A model generated the notes under the pieces. The model ran no database searches. It saw only the letters and a list, made by a program, of their open reading frames with translations, and had not been told where the DNA came from. This document shows, piece after piece, positions 1-10,139 of a stretch of 64,000 nt of DNA. This stretch comes from an uncultured Chloroflexia bacterium (GTDB taxonomy: Bacteria; Chloroflexota; Limnocylindria; Limnocylindrales; CSP1-4), in the NCBI GenBank assembly GCA_963746845.1, contig CAVVCZ010000006.1, positions 352,001-416,000 on the forward strand. Direction: 5' to 3'. Position 1 is the stretch's first letter, and the number at the start of each line of letters is the position of its first letter. Made by a program: the position numbers and the translations under genes.

Positions 1-1
1 G

Positions 2-775
2 ACGTTCCGGATGGCGAACGTCGACCGGGCGCGACGGGCGACGATCATGACGGACGACCTCCACGCGCGGATGGCGGAGGCCGCCCGCGACGGATACGAC
101 CTGCCCCGCCGGGAGGGATCCGACCACGTCACGCCTGTCGAGGGGGTGACCGCGACAATCATGACCCGGCTCGAGCCGAACGAGCGCGATGGGGACGGGA
201 ACCTCGTCGACACGACCGACCCCGGGTTCCTGACCCGGGCCGAGATCGCCGGGCGGCGCCAGGCACTGGAGTACGCCCGGTTCCTCGTCGATCACGTGCC
301 CGGCTACGAGGCCGCGTCGCTCGTCGGGCTCGGCACGCAGATCGGCATCCGCGAGACGCGCCGGGTGTACGGGGACGCCCGCCTGACGCGTGACGACGTC
401 CTCGCGGCCCGCCAGTTCGCGGACCAGGTCGCGCTGTGCGGCGCCCCGATCGAGGACCACCGGGCCGGCCCGGACACGCGCTGGTCCTACCTGCCGGAGG
501 GCCGCGCGGTCGGGATCCCGTGGCGGACGCTCGTCGTCCGCGACGCGGTCAACGTCCTCGTGGCCGGGCGGTGCTTCTCGGCGACGCACGACGCCCACGC
601 CGCGGTCCGGTCGATGGCCCAGTGCATGGCGATGGGCCAGGCGGCCGGCACGGCGGCGGCGATGGCCATCGCCCGACCGGACGGCGGCGTCCGAGGCGTG
701 TCGATCGCGGCGCTCCGTGACCGTCTCGCCGGCGACGGCGCCATCCTCGATCTCTCGATGGCGCGCGCGGCATGA
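2..775 (+). CDS. FAD-dependent oxidoreductase (FAD_oxidored-like), 5' end outside the window
   Basis: Frame is open from the window edge (TFRMANVD). C-terminal motifs IGIRETRR, NVLVAGRCFS and RSMAQCMAMGQAAG. Stop overlaps the next ATG. Confidence 0.85.
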   Translation, partial: TFRMANVDRARRATIMTDDLHARMAEAARDGYDLPRREGSDHVTPVEGVTATIMTRLEPNERDGDGNLVDTTDPGFLTRAEIAGRRQALEYARFLVDHVPGYEAASLVGLGTQIGIRETRRVYGDARLTRDDVLAARQFADQVALCGAPIEDHRAGPDTRWSYLPEGRAVGIPWRTLVVRDAVNVLVAGRCFSATHDAHAAVRSMAQCMAMGQAAGTAAAMAIARPDGGVRGVSIAALRDRLAGDGAILDLSMARAA

Positions 776-1734
776 GCTTCGTCCGCACCGTCCTCGGGGA
801 CATCGACGCATCGGCGATGGGCGTGACGTACGCCCACGAGCACCTGGTGATCGACGGCGGGCGGCCGGTCGAGATGTCGGCCGACTTCCTCCTCGCCGAT
901 GTCGACCTCCTGGCATCCGAGCTCGCGGACGCGCGCGCCGCGGGGCTGGAGACCGCGATCGACGCGATGCCGGCCGACTGCGGACGGAACCCGGCGAAGC
1001 TGGCGGAGCTCTCGCGCCGGACCGGGGTCCATCTCGTCGCGGCGACGGGGCTGCACCACGAGAAGTTCTACGGCCCGTCGCACTGGAGCCTGCGGGCGAG
1101 CGAGCACGAGCTGACGGACCTGTTCGCGGCGGACGTGGAGGACGGGATCGACGCCCGCGACTACGGCGGGGCGCTCGTCCAACGGACGGAGCACCGCGCC
1201 GGGATCGTCAAGGTCGGGGGAAGCGAGGGCGGCCCGTCGGCGCGCGATCTGCCGATCTTCCGCGCCGCCGCCCACGCTCATCGTCGGACCGGCGTCCCGG
1301 TCCACACGCACTGCGAGGGCGGTACGGGCGCGCTGGAGCAGGTCCGGGTCCTGACCGACGCCGGCGCGGCGGCGGAGCACATCTCGCTCAGCCACGTCGA
1401 CAAGGTCGTCGACCGCGGCTATCACCGCGAGATCGTCGAGACCGGGGCATTCGTGGTCTACGACCAGGCGTTCCGCTGGGGCGACCGCCCGAACGGCACG
1501 CTCCAGCTGCTCGAGTGGGCCGTCGAGGATGGCCATGTCGGGCAGGTGATGCTCGGGATGGATGCCGCCCGCCAGGGCTACTACCGGGCATTCGGTGGCT
1601 CGCCCGGGCTGTCGTTTCTCCTGGGCGAGTTCACCCGGGCCATGGACGAGCGCGGTCTGGACGCCGCCCTCCGACATCGCCTCTTCGTCGACAATCCAGC
1701 TCGCGCATTCGCGTTCGCGGAGGACCCCGGATGA
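772..1734 (+). CDS. Phosphotriesterase-family (amidohydrolase fold) metal hydrolase/lactonase
   Basis: VRTVLG start, HEHL, ATGLH, Lys in IVKVG, HTHC, SHVD and GMD ligand pattern. Confidence 0.88.
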   Translation: MSFVRTVLGDIDASAMGVTYAHEHLVIDGGRPVEMSADFLLADVDLLASELADARAAGLETAIDAMPADCGRNPAKLAELSRRTGVHLVAATGLHHEKFYGPSHWSLRASEHELTDLFAADVEDGIDARDYGGALVQRTEHRAGIVKVGGSEGGPSARDLPIFRAAAHAHRRTGVPVHTHCEGGTGALEQVRVLTDAGAAAEHISLSHVDKVVDRGYHREIVETGAFVVYDQAFRWGDRPNGTLQLLEWAVEDGHVGQVMLGMDAARQGYYRAFGGSPGLSFLLGEFTRAMDERGLDAALRHRLFVDNPARAFAFAEDPG

Positions 1735-2807
1735 GCCACGAGCCGCTCCTCACCAGCGTCGTCGGATCGCACGCGCACCCCGGCTGGTTCGCGGCGGGCA
1801 TCGCGGCCGCGGAGCGCGGCGAGTACGGGTCGGCCGATCTGGCCGAGCTCCTCGACGACGGCGTCGATCTCGCGATCCGCGATCAGGAGCGTGCGGGGAT
1901 CGACGTGATCAGCGACGGCGAGATGCGTCGGGCAGGCTTCTTCACGGCCGAGTTCTACCGTCACCTGACCGGGGTCCGGGCGCTGCCACCGGACCGGCGG
2001 CTCGGCGCGGGCGCGCACGACGGACTGCATCGGTTCGCGGTGGGGGACCGGATCGCCGCACCGAACGGGCTCGGCGTCGTCGCGGAGCTCGTCGCCGCCC
2101 GCGAACGGACGGATCGCCCCCTCAAGATCACGCTCCCGGGTCCGTACACATTGTCCGGGCGTCTGGTCACCGGACCGGGCGAGGTCTACCCGACCCGCGT
2201 CGACGCGGCGGAGGCGTTCGTCCCGATCCTCCAGGCGGAGCTGCGTGGCCTCGTCGACGCCGGCGCGACGATCATCCAGGTCGACGAGCCGTCGCCGGCG
2301 ATCCATCCCGATGCCCCCGCCGACTTCGCCGCCCTGTTCAACGCCGTCGTCGAGCCGGCGCGCGGCCGGGCCCGTCTCGGCGCCCACCTCTGCTTCGGCA
2401 ACTTCCTCGGGCGGCCGCTCGCGCCCCGCTCGTACCGGCCGATCCTCGACGCGATGCTCGGGTTCCACGTCGACGAGCTCGTCCTCGAGTTCGCCAACCG
2501 CGAGATGAGCGAGGTCGCGATCCTGAGCGAGATCAACGATGCCGGCCGGGACGTCGCCGCCGGAGTCATCGACGTCAAGAACTCCCACGTCGAGACCGCC
2601 CGCGAGGTCGCGGGCCGGATCGAGGCGATCCTCGCCACCGGGGTCCCGCCGGATCGCCTCACCATCGTCCCGGACTGCGGCTTCAGCCAGACGGCCCGGC
2701 ACCTCGCGGTCGCCAAGCTCCATGCCCTCGTCGCGGGCCGGGATCTCGTCCTCGGCCGCAGCGCGACCCCACGGACTGTCACCACCCAGGAGACGCTGAC
2801 CCGATGA
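1731..2807 (+). CDS. Cobalamin-independent methionine synthase II-like protein (single catalytic barrel)
   Basis: [22 protein letters not shown], Zn ligands HLC and PDCGF. ATG overlaps the upstream stop. Confidence 0.85.
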   Translation: MSHEPLLTSVVGSHAHPGWFAAGIAAAERGEYGSADLAELLDDGVDLAIRDQERAGIDVISDGEMRRAGFFTAEFYRHLTGVRALPPDRRLGAGAHDGLHRFAVGDRIAAPNGLGVVAELVAARERTDRPLKITLPGPYTLSGRLVTGPGEVYPTRVDAAEAFVPILQAELRGLVDAGATIIQVDEPSPAIHPDAPADFAALFNAVVEPARGRARLGAHLCFGNFLGRPLAPRSYRPILDAMLGFHVDELVLEFANREMSEVAILSEINDAGRDVAAGVIDVKNSHVETAREVAGRIEAILATGVPPDRLTIVPDCGFSQTARHLAVAKLHALVAGRDLVLGRSATPRTVTTQETLTR

Positions 2808-4006
2808 AGGCCCATCACATCACGATGCTCGGCACCGGGCTGATCGGTGACTTCTACACGGCGACCCTCCACGGGCAGCGCGGTCGCGACCATGTCCGGG
2901 TCGTGTTCTCGAGGAGCGAGGCGCGCGGCGCCGCCTTCAGCGAGCGCTGGTCGATCCCGGAGCACACGACCGACCTGAAAGCGGCGATCGAGCACGACGA
3001 CACGGACGTCGTCGTCATCGGGCTGCCGAACTACCTCCACGAGGAGGCGGTCGGGCTCGCGGCGGCCGCCGGCAAGGCCGTCCTCTGCACGAAGCCGCTC
3101 GGTCGGAACGCCGACGAGGCGCGCCGGATGCTCGAGACGGTCGAGACGGCCGGCATCTTCGGCGGCTACCTCGAGGACCTGTGCTACACGCCGAAGACGC
3201 TCAAGGCCGTGAAGAGCGTCCAGGACGGCGCGATCGGCGACGTGACGTGGGTCCGCTCCCGAGAGACGCACCCCGGGCCCCACAGCGCCTGGTTCTGGGA
3301 CGGCCGGCTGACCGGCGGCGGCGCGATCATCGACCTCGGCTGCCACTGCATCGAGATCATCCGGAACTTCGTCGGCAAGGGGAACCGGCCGGTCGAGATC
3401 CTGTGCACGACCGACACCCTCGTCCACCCGATCGACGACGAGGACAACGCGATCGCCCTGATCCGCTTCGCGTCCGGTGCGATCGGCCAGTTCGAGGTCA
3501 GCTGGACGTTCCGCGGCGGGATGGACCTGCGCGACGAGGTCGCCGGCACCCACGGCACGATCTGGATGAACCACTTCCTCCGGACCGGGTTCGAGATGTT
3601 CACGGCGGGCGGTGGCAGCGGCTACGTCGCCGAGAAGGCGGAGACGTCGGCGGGCTGGCTGTTCCCGGTCGGCGACGAGGTGTCCGAGCTCGGCTACATC
3701 GACATGTTCTCGGACATGTTCGAGGCGCTCGAGGCCGGTCGCGCCCCGCGCGAGACGTTCTACGACGGCTATGTGGTGAACGCCGTCATGGACGCGGCGT
3801 ACCGCTCGGCGAAGGCCCACGCCTGGGAGCCGATCGAGCTATTCGAGTGGCGCGGCGGGATGACGCCCCGGATCGCGAAGACCGCGGAGACGTACGAGGG
3901 CCAGACGGTGATCAAGCGCGAGGTCCTGCCGGACGGCCGGACGAAGCTGATCCTGAAGGACCCCGCGTCGGGCGATTACACGGACCGGATCGTCGCGGGC
4001 GGCTGA
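2804..4006 (+). CDS. Gfo/Idh/MocA-family oxidoreductase
   Basis: LGTGLIG Rossmann motif, [26 protein letters not shown] and ATGA overlap. Confidence 0.88.
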   Translation: MKAHHITMLGTGLIGDFYTATLHGQRGRDHVRVVFSRSEARGAAFSERWSIPEHTTDLKAAIEHDDTDVVVIGLPNYLHEEAVGLAAAAGKAVLCTKPLGRNADEARRMLETVETAGIFGGYLEDLCYTPKTLKAVKSVQDGAIGDVTWVRSRETHPGPHSAWFWDGRLTGGGAIIDLGCHCIEIIRNFVGKGNRPVEILCTTDTLVHPIDDEDNAIALIRFASGAIGQFEVSWTFRGGMDLRDEVAGTHGTIWMNHFLRTGFEMFTAGGGSGYVAEKAETSAGWLFPVGDEVSELGYIDMFSDMFEALEAGRAPRETFYDGYVVNAVMDAAYRSAKAHAWEPIELFEWRGGMTPRIAKTAETYEGQTVIKREVLPDGRTKLILKDPASGDYTDRIVAGG

Positions 4007-4040
4007 CCCGGTCGTGCCGGCTCGTGCCATGCTCCGAACC

Positions 4041-4793
4041 GTGACGACGGGGTTCGATCCGGAGACGGAGTACCTGGTCACGCTCCGGCGAGCGGCCGCG
4101 GATTCGACGGTCGTCGGCGTCGTCGTGTTCGGGTCGCGCGCGGCCGCCGCCCTTGTCACCCACGAGTCCGACGTCGACGCGTTCGTGATCGTCGATGGCC
4201 CCGACGCCGCCCCGGCCCGCTGGCAGACGCCGCACGGCTCGCCGGTCGAGGTCTGGGCGGTGACGCTCGACGAGTTTCGCGATCACGGCCTGCCCGGGAG
4301 CCCGACCGCCTGGAACCGACCGGCGTTCATCCGCGCCCGGGTCGACCTGGACCGGCTCGACGGGGAGATCGGCCGGCTCGTCGATCGGAAGCGCCGGCTC
4401 GACGCCGAGGAGGCCACCGCCCTCGCGAACGCCTCGCTGGGGGATGCGCTCAACTCGCTGTACCGGGCGCTCCGGAACGTCGAGGCGGGACGGGATCTCG
4501 CGGCCCGCCTGGACGCCGCCGACGCCGTCGGCCCGATGCTGGCGGCTGCGTTCGCCCTCGAGGGCCGCGTCCGTCCCTTCAACAAGTGGCTCCAGTTCGA
4601 GCTCGACGCGGAGCCGCTCCAGGGACCCGAGAACGCGGCCATCTTCCCGGCCGCCGAGCGGCTCCTCGCCCACGCGACCCCGAGGGTCCTCCGGTCCGCG
4701 TTCCGGCAGCTGGAGGCCGCCGCCCGGGCATCCGGCCGCGACGCGATCGTCGACGACTGGGAGCCGGACGTCACCTGGCTCCGCGGCGAGTAG
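4041..4793 (+). CDS. Nucleotidyltransferase-domain protein (Pol-beta fold plus helical C-terminal domain)
   Basis: VFGSRA...SDVD motif. GTG start chosen because TGcCATGCT (-10) lies 7 nt upstream; ATG at 4029 is an alternative. Confidence 0.6.
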   Translation: MTTGFDPETEYLVTLRRAAADSTVVGVVVFGSRAAAALVTHESDVDAFVIVDGPDAAPARWQTPHGSPVEVWAVTLDEFRDHGLPGSPTAWNRPAFIRARVDLDRLDGEIGRLVDRKRRLDAEEATALANASLGDALNSLYRALRNVEAGRDLAARLDAADAVGPMLAAAFALEGRVRPFNKWLQFELDAEPLQGPENAAIFPAAERLLAHATPRVLRSAFRQLEAAARASGRDAIVDDWEPDVTWLRGE

Positions 4794-4801
4794 CCGAACG
4801 A

Positions 4802-5785
4802 TCAGGGCGCGAGCCCGAGGCCCTCGAGGAACGCGTAGCGCTCGGTCTGCTGGACGAGCTCGCCGGCCTCGTGGCCGTTGAACGACCAGACCCGGATCTC
4901 CTTCGGCCCCGCGTAGTGGTTATGGGCGGCGAAGACGGTCGACGGCGGACAGATCCGATCCATCAGTCCGACCGAGAAGATCGCCGGCGCCGTCGCGCGC
5001 GTCGCGAAGTTCAGCCCGTCGCCGTAGGACAGCGTCCGGAAGACGTCCGCCTCGCGCGTTCGATGGATCGCAAGGTAGCGCGTCAGCTCCTGGTACGGGA
5101 AGTCGTCGGTGACCTCGACGGCACGCCGCCAGTGACACAGGAACGGCACGTCGACCATCGCGGCGCGAACCCCGGGAGCGAGGGCCGCCGCGGCGAGGGC
5201 CAGGCCGCCGCCCTGGCTCTGGCCCGTGACCGCGATCCGGGATCCGTCCACGAGCGGGTGTCGCGCGGCCGCCTCGACCGCGAGCGCCGCGTCGGCGATC
5301 AGGCGGCGGTAGTACCAGCTCGCCGGTCGCTCGATCCCGCGCGTGACGAACCCCGGGTAGTTGCCGCCGTCGGCGCCGTCAACGTCCTCGACGTCCGGAG
5401 TGTCACCCGGCGTCCAGGCACTCCCCTGCCCCCGGGTGTCCATCACGAAGTGCGCGTAGCCGGCCGTCGCCCAGCGGAGCCACTGGAACGGCAGCGACCG
5501 ACCACCGCCGTAGCCGATGTACTCGACGACCGTCGGCAGCGGCGTGCCGGCGCCGGCGGGGGCGAGGAGCCAGGCCTTGATCGGCTGGCCGGCGAAGCCG
5601 CCGAACGTCACGTCGTCGACCGTCACCGCGCGCAGCGGCGTGTCGAGACGGACGAACGCGGGCGCCGGCGCCGCTTCGCGCGACCGGGTCAGCGTGTCCC
5701 GCCAGAACGCGTCGAAGTCGGGCTCCTCCGCGCGTTCCGGGCGGTACGTTCTCAGCTCGTCAAGGGGCAGGTCGAAAGCGCTCAT
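4802..5785 (-). CDS. Acetylxylan esterase / cephalosporin-C deacetylase (CE7, AXE1)
   Basis: EEPDFDAFW, YIGYGG, DTRGQG, nucleophile motif GQSQGG, DRICPPS, GHE. Confidence 0.92.
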   Translation of the reverse strand: MSAFDLPLDELRTYRPERAEEPDFDAFWRDTLTRSREAAPAPAFVRLDTPLRAVTVDDVTFGGFAGQPIKAWLLAPAGAGTPLPTVVEYIGYGGGRSLPFQWLRWATAGYAHFVMDTRGQGSAWTPGDTPDVEDVDGADGGNYPGFVTRGIERPASWYYRRLIADAALAVEAAARHPLVDGSRIAVTGQSQGGGLALAAAALAPGVRAAMVDVPFLCHWRRAVEVTDDFPYQELTRYLAIHRTREADVFRTLSYGDGLNFATRATAPAIFSVGLMDRICPPSTVFAAHNHYAGPKEIRVWSFNGHEAGELVQQTERYAFLEGLGLAP

Positions 5786-5828
5786 CGTCGACGCTCCCGT
5801 GGCGGATCGGCGGGGCCGGACGCCCCGC

Positions 5829-8192
5829 TCATTCGACGGCGGTGCCGGTCAGGTAATGATGCCGCTCCACGAGCTCGACGACGGGTCCGACGAGCGCCAG
5901 GTCCGCGCTGAGCGGCAGGTCGTCCGACGAGCGCCCGACGAAGACCCGGATCGTGCCGGGCTCGACGACGCGACGGTACCCGGCGTCGACGTACGCGAGC
6001 TGCTCCGTGGACAGCCGGAACGTCACCGTCCGGCATTCGCCCGGGGCCAGGTGGACCCGCTGGAAGCCGCGCAGCTCGATGACGGGCCGCGCGACCGAGG
6101 CCTCCTCGTCCCGGATGTAGAGCTGGACGACCTCGTCGCCGGCCCGCGCGCCGGTGTTCGTGACGTCGACGGAGATCGCCGCCGTGTCGCCGGCCGTCTC
6201 GAGGAGCGTCCGGTCGACCCGGAGATGATCGATCGTGAACGACGTGTACGACCGTCCATGGCCGAAGGGCCAGAGGGGCGCCACCGAGCCGTCGACGTAG
6301 TCGATCTTCCAGTTCGACCTGCCGCCTGTGGGGTGGTGCCGGTACGTCTGCGGGATCTGGCCGACGTGGCGGGGCATCGTGATCGGCAGCCGGCCACCCG
6401 GGTCGACGTCGCCCGCAAGGACGTCGGCGATCGCCGTCGGCCCGGCCTCGCCAGGGACCCAGGCGAGGACCACTGCGGCGCACTCCCCGGCGCCTCGCTC
6501 GAGGGCGAGCGGGCGACCGCTGACGATCACCAGCACGGTCGGCGTGCCGGTCGCGACGACTGCATCGAGGAGCTCCTGCTGCCGCCCGAGCAGGCCCAGG
6601 TCGCGGCGGTCCCGCGACTCGCCGGTGGTGGCATCCATCGTCAGCCCGGACCGCTCGCCGACGACGACGATCGCCACGTCGGCGCCACGTGCGGTCACGG
6701 CAGCCTCCGCGATCTGGGCATCCGTCCCGTCGCGCAGGCCGGACCCGACCGCATGTACGACCCGGTCGGCGCCGAATCGCTCGCGGATCCCGGCGAGGAT
6801 GGTCCTGTGGCCGGACAGCTCGTCGACCGGGTTGATGACCTCGCTCGAGGGGAAGCCGAACGGGTTGGCGTGGTGTCGGAGCTCGGCGAGGGTCTCGATG
6901 TGGGGCAGGTGCGCGTAATCGCCGAGCAGGTCGCGGGCGCTGTCGGCGATCGGCCCGATCACCGCGATCCGACCGACGTCCGGCGCGAGCGGGAGGATGC
7001 CGTCGTTCTCGACGAGGACGATCGAGCGTCGGGCGAGGTCGAGGGCGAGGCGCTGCTCCTCGACGAGCAGCGCCGCGAGCGCGTCGGCCTCGGGTGCATC
7101 CACGTACGGTCGCTCGAACAGACCGAGCCGGAACTTCAGCCGGAGCGACCGCTCGACGGCGACGTCGACGACACCGATGTCCAGGCGACCGTCGGCGATC
7201 GCCGCCCGGAGCGGACCGCCGAAGCCCGCGGTCGTCGGCAGCTCGTTGTCCATGCCCGCCCGGAGGGCCATCGCCGCGGCCGTGCCGAGGTCGCCCGTGA
7301 GGCGGTGCTCGCCGACGAGCATCTGGACGGCCGTGTAGTCCGAGGCGACCACGCCGTCGAACCCCCACTCGCCACGGAGGATCGTCGTCAGCAGCTCGTG
7401 CGAGACATGGCACGGCACGCCGTCGACGTCGCAGTACGCCGGCATGACGCTGGCGAGACCGGTCGCCCGGATGGCGGCCTCGAACGGAAGCAGCTGTTCG
7501 TCACGGAGCTCGCGAGGGCCGACATGAACGGGGGCCTGGTTCAGGCCGCCCTCCGCGAGACCGTGTCCGACCAGGTGCTTCGCCGTTGCCGCGACGCCCA
7601 CCCGGAGGTCATCGCCCTGGATGCCCCGGACATACGCGCAGCCGAGGGCGGTGGCGAGGTACGGGTCCTCGCCGTACGTCTCCTCGATCCGGCCCCAGCG
7701 TGGGTCGCGCGTGATGTCGAGCACCGGCGCCAGCGCCACCCGCGCCCCGATGGCCAGCATCCGCCGGCGGATCGTCGTCGCGATCGCCTCGACCAGATCC
7801 GGGTCGAACGCCGCGGCGGCGCCGATCGACTGCTGGAAGGACGTCGCCTCGCGGGCGAGGAGCCCGTGGAGCGTCTCCTCGTGGAGGATGGCCGGGATCC
7901 CGAGGCGGGTCTCCTCGACGAGGAACCGCTGGATGGTATTGCCGGCCTCGGCCGCGCCGGCCACATCGAGGTTCGTGGCACCGGCCACCCGGCTGACCTG
8001 GCCGATCCCGTTCGCCAGGCGGTCGCGCACACGATCCAGGTCCAGATCCGTCTCGCTCGAGAACATCTCGAACGACCAGAGCGATCCGAGCTGGGCCAGC
8101 TTCTCGTCGAGGGTCATCCGCGCCAACAGGTCGGCCGTGCGCGCCTCGATCGGCAGGCTGGCGTCGCGATACCGCGCCTCGACGGTCGTCAT
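5829..8192 (-). CDS. GH3 beta-xylosidase/beta-glucosidase (BxlA-like)
   Basis: MTLDEKLAQL, HEETLHG, RDPRWGRIEETYGEDP, AKH, VASDY nucleophile, C-terminal FnIII-like EVVQLY. True start 8192 overlaps the upstream stop. Confidence 0.93.
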   Translation of the reverse strand: MTTVEARYRDASLPIEARTADLLARMTLDEKLAQLGSLWSFEMFSSETDLDLDRVRDRLANGIGQVSRVAGATNLDVAGAAEAGNTIQRFLVEETRLGIPAILHEETLHGLLAREATSFQQSIGAAAAFDPDLVEAIATTIRRRMLAIGARVALAPVLDITRDPRWGRIEETYGEDPYLATALGCAYVRGIQGDDLRVGVAATAKHLVGHGLAEGGLNQAPVHVGPRELRDEQLLPFEAAIRATGLASVMPAYCDVDGVPCHVSHELLTTILRGEWGFDGVVASDYTAVQMLVGEHRLTGDLGTAAAMALRAGMDNELPTTAGFGGPLRAAIADGRLDIGVVDVAVERSLRLKFRLGLFERPYVDAPEADALAALLVEEQRLALDLARRSIVLVENDGILPLAPDVGRIAVIGPIADSARDLLGDYAHLPHIETLAELRHHANPFGFPSSEVINPVDELSGHRTILAGIRERFGADRVVHAVGSGLRDGTDAQIAEAAVTARGADVAIVVVGERSGLTMDATTGESRDRRDLGLLGRQQELLDAVVATGTPTVLVIVSGRPLALERGAGECAAVVLAWVPGEAGPTAIADVLAGDVDPGGRLPITMPRHVGQIPQTYRHHPTGGRSNWKIDYVDGSVAPLWPFGHGRSYTSFTIDHLRVDRTLLETAGDTAAISVDVTNTGARAGDEVVQLYIRDEEASVARPVIELRGFQRVHLAPGECRTVTFRLSTEQLAYVDAGYRRVVEPGTIRVFVGRSSDDLPLSADLALVGPVVELVERHHYLTGTAVE

Positions 8193-9091
8193 CAGCCCTT
8201 CACCGATCCGGCCGTGAGCCCACCGACGATGTGACGCTCGGCGAAGACATAGAAGATCAGCGCCGGGATGATCGAGATCACGACGTAGGCGAGCGTGCGG
8301 GCCTCGTCCGACGCGTACTCGGTCGAGAAGTTCATCACCCCCAGGGGCAGCGTCCACTGGCTCGCGTCCCCGAGCAGGACGAGCGGCAGGATGAAGGCGT
8401 TCCAGGTTGCGACGAGGGCGAGCACGCTCACGGTGGCCAGGGCCGGTCCGGACAGCGGCAGGAGGACCCGCCAGAAGAACCCGAAGGACCCACAGCCGTC
8501 GATCCGGGCGGCATCCTCGAGCTCGACCGGGATGCTCCGGAAGAACGGTCGCAGGATGACGATCGAGAGGGGTAGCTGGAACGCCGCCTGGGGCAGCGCC
8601 ACCCCGAGCGGGTTGCCGGACAGCCCGAGGTCGCGGACCAGGATGTACAGCGGCAGGATCGCGACGGCCGACGGGAACAGCAGCCCGAACACGAACAGGG
8701 TGTAGAACGCCTCGCGACCGCGGAACCGGATCCGGGCGAAGACGAACGCCGCGAGCGACGCGCAGAACACGGTCAGCCCGACCGCGATCGCCGCGACGAC
8801 CACGCTGTTCCAGAGCTGTCCCCAGAACGTCGCGGCGTTCTCGCCGAACAGCACATCGGTGTAGTTCGTGAAGACCCACGGATCGGGCAGGATCGCGACC
8901 GGGTTGGCCGCCAGCTGGCCGTTCGTCTTGAACCCGCCGAGGATCGCGTACAGGATCGGCAGGACGATCGCCGCGGTGACGCCCAGCAGGACGACGTATC
9001 CGATGACCCCTGGAACCGTCGGGCGTGTCCGGCGGCTCATCGGGATGCTCGCCGCGTCCGTGGTCACGCCGGTGGAGGCCTGCGTCGCCAT
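8192..9091 (-). CDS. Carbohydrate ABC transporter permease (CUT1, BxlG-like)
   Basis: Six TM segments, EAA loop ELEDAARIDGC, C-terminal GLTAGSVKG. Confidence 0.92.
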   Translation of the reverse strand: MATQASTGVTTDAASIPMSRRTRPTVPGVIGYVVLLGVTAAIVLPILYAILGGFKTNGQLAANPVAILPDPWVFTNYTDVLFGENAATFWGQLWNSVVVAAIAVGLTVFCASLAAFVFARIRFRGREAFYTLFVFGLLFPSAVAILPLYILVRDLGLSGNPLGVALPQAAFQLPLSIVILRPFFRSIPVELEDAARIDGCGSFGFFWRVLLPLSGPALATVSVLALVATWNAFILPLVLLGDASQWTLPLGVMNFSTEYASDEARTLAYVVISIIPALIFYVFAERHIVGGLTAGSVKG

Positions 9092-9094
9092 CGG

Positions 9095-10027
9095 TCAGCC
9101 GTTGAAGGACGTGATGGCGCCGTCGATGTCGCGGCGCAGGACGAACCGCTGGTAGAGCAGCGCGACCACGAGGGCCAGCAGGAAGAGGATCACCGCGAAC
9201 GCGCTGCCGTAGCCCATCTGCTGCTTCACGAACCCGGTCTTGAACATGTTGACGGCCATGGTCATGGAGGCATTGACCGGCCCGCCCCCGGTCATCACCC
9301 AGACCATGTCGAACAGCTGGAGTGCGCCGATGACCGACAGGAAGACCGAGACGCGGATGGTCGGTCCGAGCAGCGGCAGCGTGATGTGGCGGAACGCCTG
9401 ACGGCGGTCGGCACCGTCGATGTACGCGGCCTCCTCGAGCTCCTTCGGGATGCCCTGGAGGCCGGCCAGCATGATGATCATGTGGAAGCCGAAGTACTTC
9501 CACGAGATGATCAGGAAGAGCGTGAACATCACGAACGTGGTGTCGCCGAGCCAGTCCGTCGCGAACGCGCCCAACCCGACGCTCTTCACGATCGACTGGA
9601 TGACGGAATCGGGCTGGAGCAGCAGCCGGAAGACGATCCCGGTGATCGCCTCCGACAGCACGTATGGGACGAAGAACAGGAGCCGGAACACGGCTCGGCC
9701 CGGGAACCGCCGGTTCAGGAGCACGGCGAGACCGAGCGAGAACGGGATCTGGAGCGCCAGCGACAGGACGATGACGAAGACGTTGTTGCCGAGCGCCTGC
9801 CAGAACACGCTGGACGCGAACGCGGCCTGGTAGTTCTTCAGGCCGATGAAGTCGGTGAGCGGGGTCAGCCCATTCCACCGGAACAGGCTGAAGTGGGCGG
9901 CCTGGATGATCGGGCCGATGACGAAGACGAGGTAAAGCGCGAGGCCGGGCAGCAGGAACAGCGCGATCGTGAGCCACTTCCGGGACCGGCGCGCGCCGGT
10001 CCCGGGGCGGGACGTCAGTGCCGACAT
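9095..10027 (-). CDS. Carbohydrate ABC transporter permease (CUT1, BxlF-like)
   Basis: FIGLKNY, EAA loop ELEEAAYIDGA, MTGGGP, GYGSA. Confidence 0.92.
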   Translation of the reverse strand: MSALTSRPGTGARRSRKWLTIALFLLPGLALYLVFVIGPIIQAAHFSLFRWNGLTPLTDFIGLKNYQAAFASSVFWQALGNNVFVIVLSLALQIPFSLGLAVLLNRRFPGRAVFRLLFFVPYVLSEAITGIVFRLLLQPDSVIQSIVKSVGLGAFATDWLGDTTFVMFTLFLIISWKYFGFHMIIMLAGLQGIPKELEEAAYIDGADRRQAFRHITLPLLGPTIRVSVFLSVIGALQLFDMVWVMTGGGPVNASMTMAVNMFKTGFVKQQMGYGSAFAVILFLLALVVALLYQRFVLRRDIDGAITSFNG

Positions 10028-10055
10028 TCAGCGTCCTCTGCTCCGGCCGGGGAGG

Positions 10056-10084
10056 CGAAGGGGCCGGCGATGCCGGCCCCTTCG
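10056..10084 (-). terminator. Intercistronic stem-loop after the solute-binding protein gene (mRNA stabiliser or partial terminator)
   Basis: Perfect 13-bp inverted repeat CGAAGGGGCCGGC-gat-GCCGGCCCCTTCG. Confidence 0.6.
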
Positions 10085-10139
10085 AGTGACGTCACGAGTG
10101 AACCACTCGCGGGACGCGGTGGTGCAGTCGATCCGACGG

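Noticed and set aside
5829-9977. 1382-aa ORF and the many other long Arg/Pro/Gly-rich or antisense ORFs in the track
   Set aside because: Shadow ORFs expected at this GC content. The real GH3 starts at 8192 and the upstream part overlaps two permeases in another frame.
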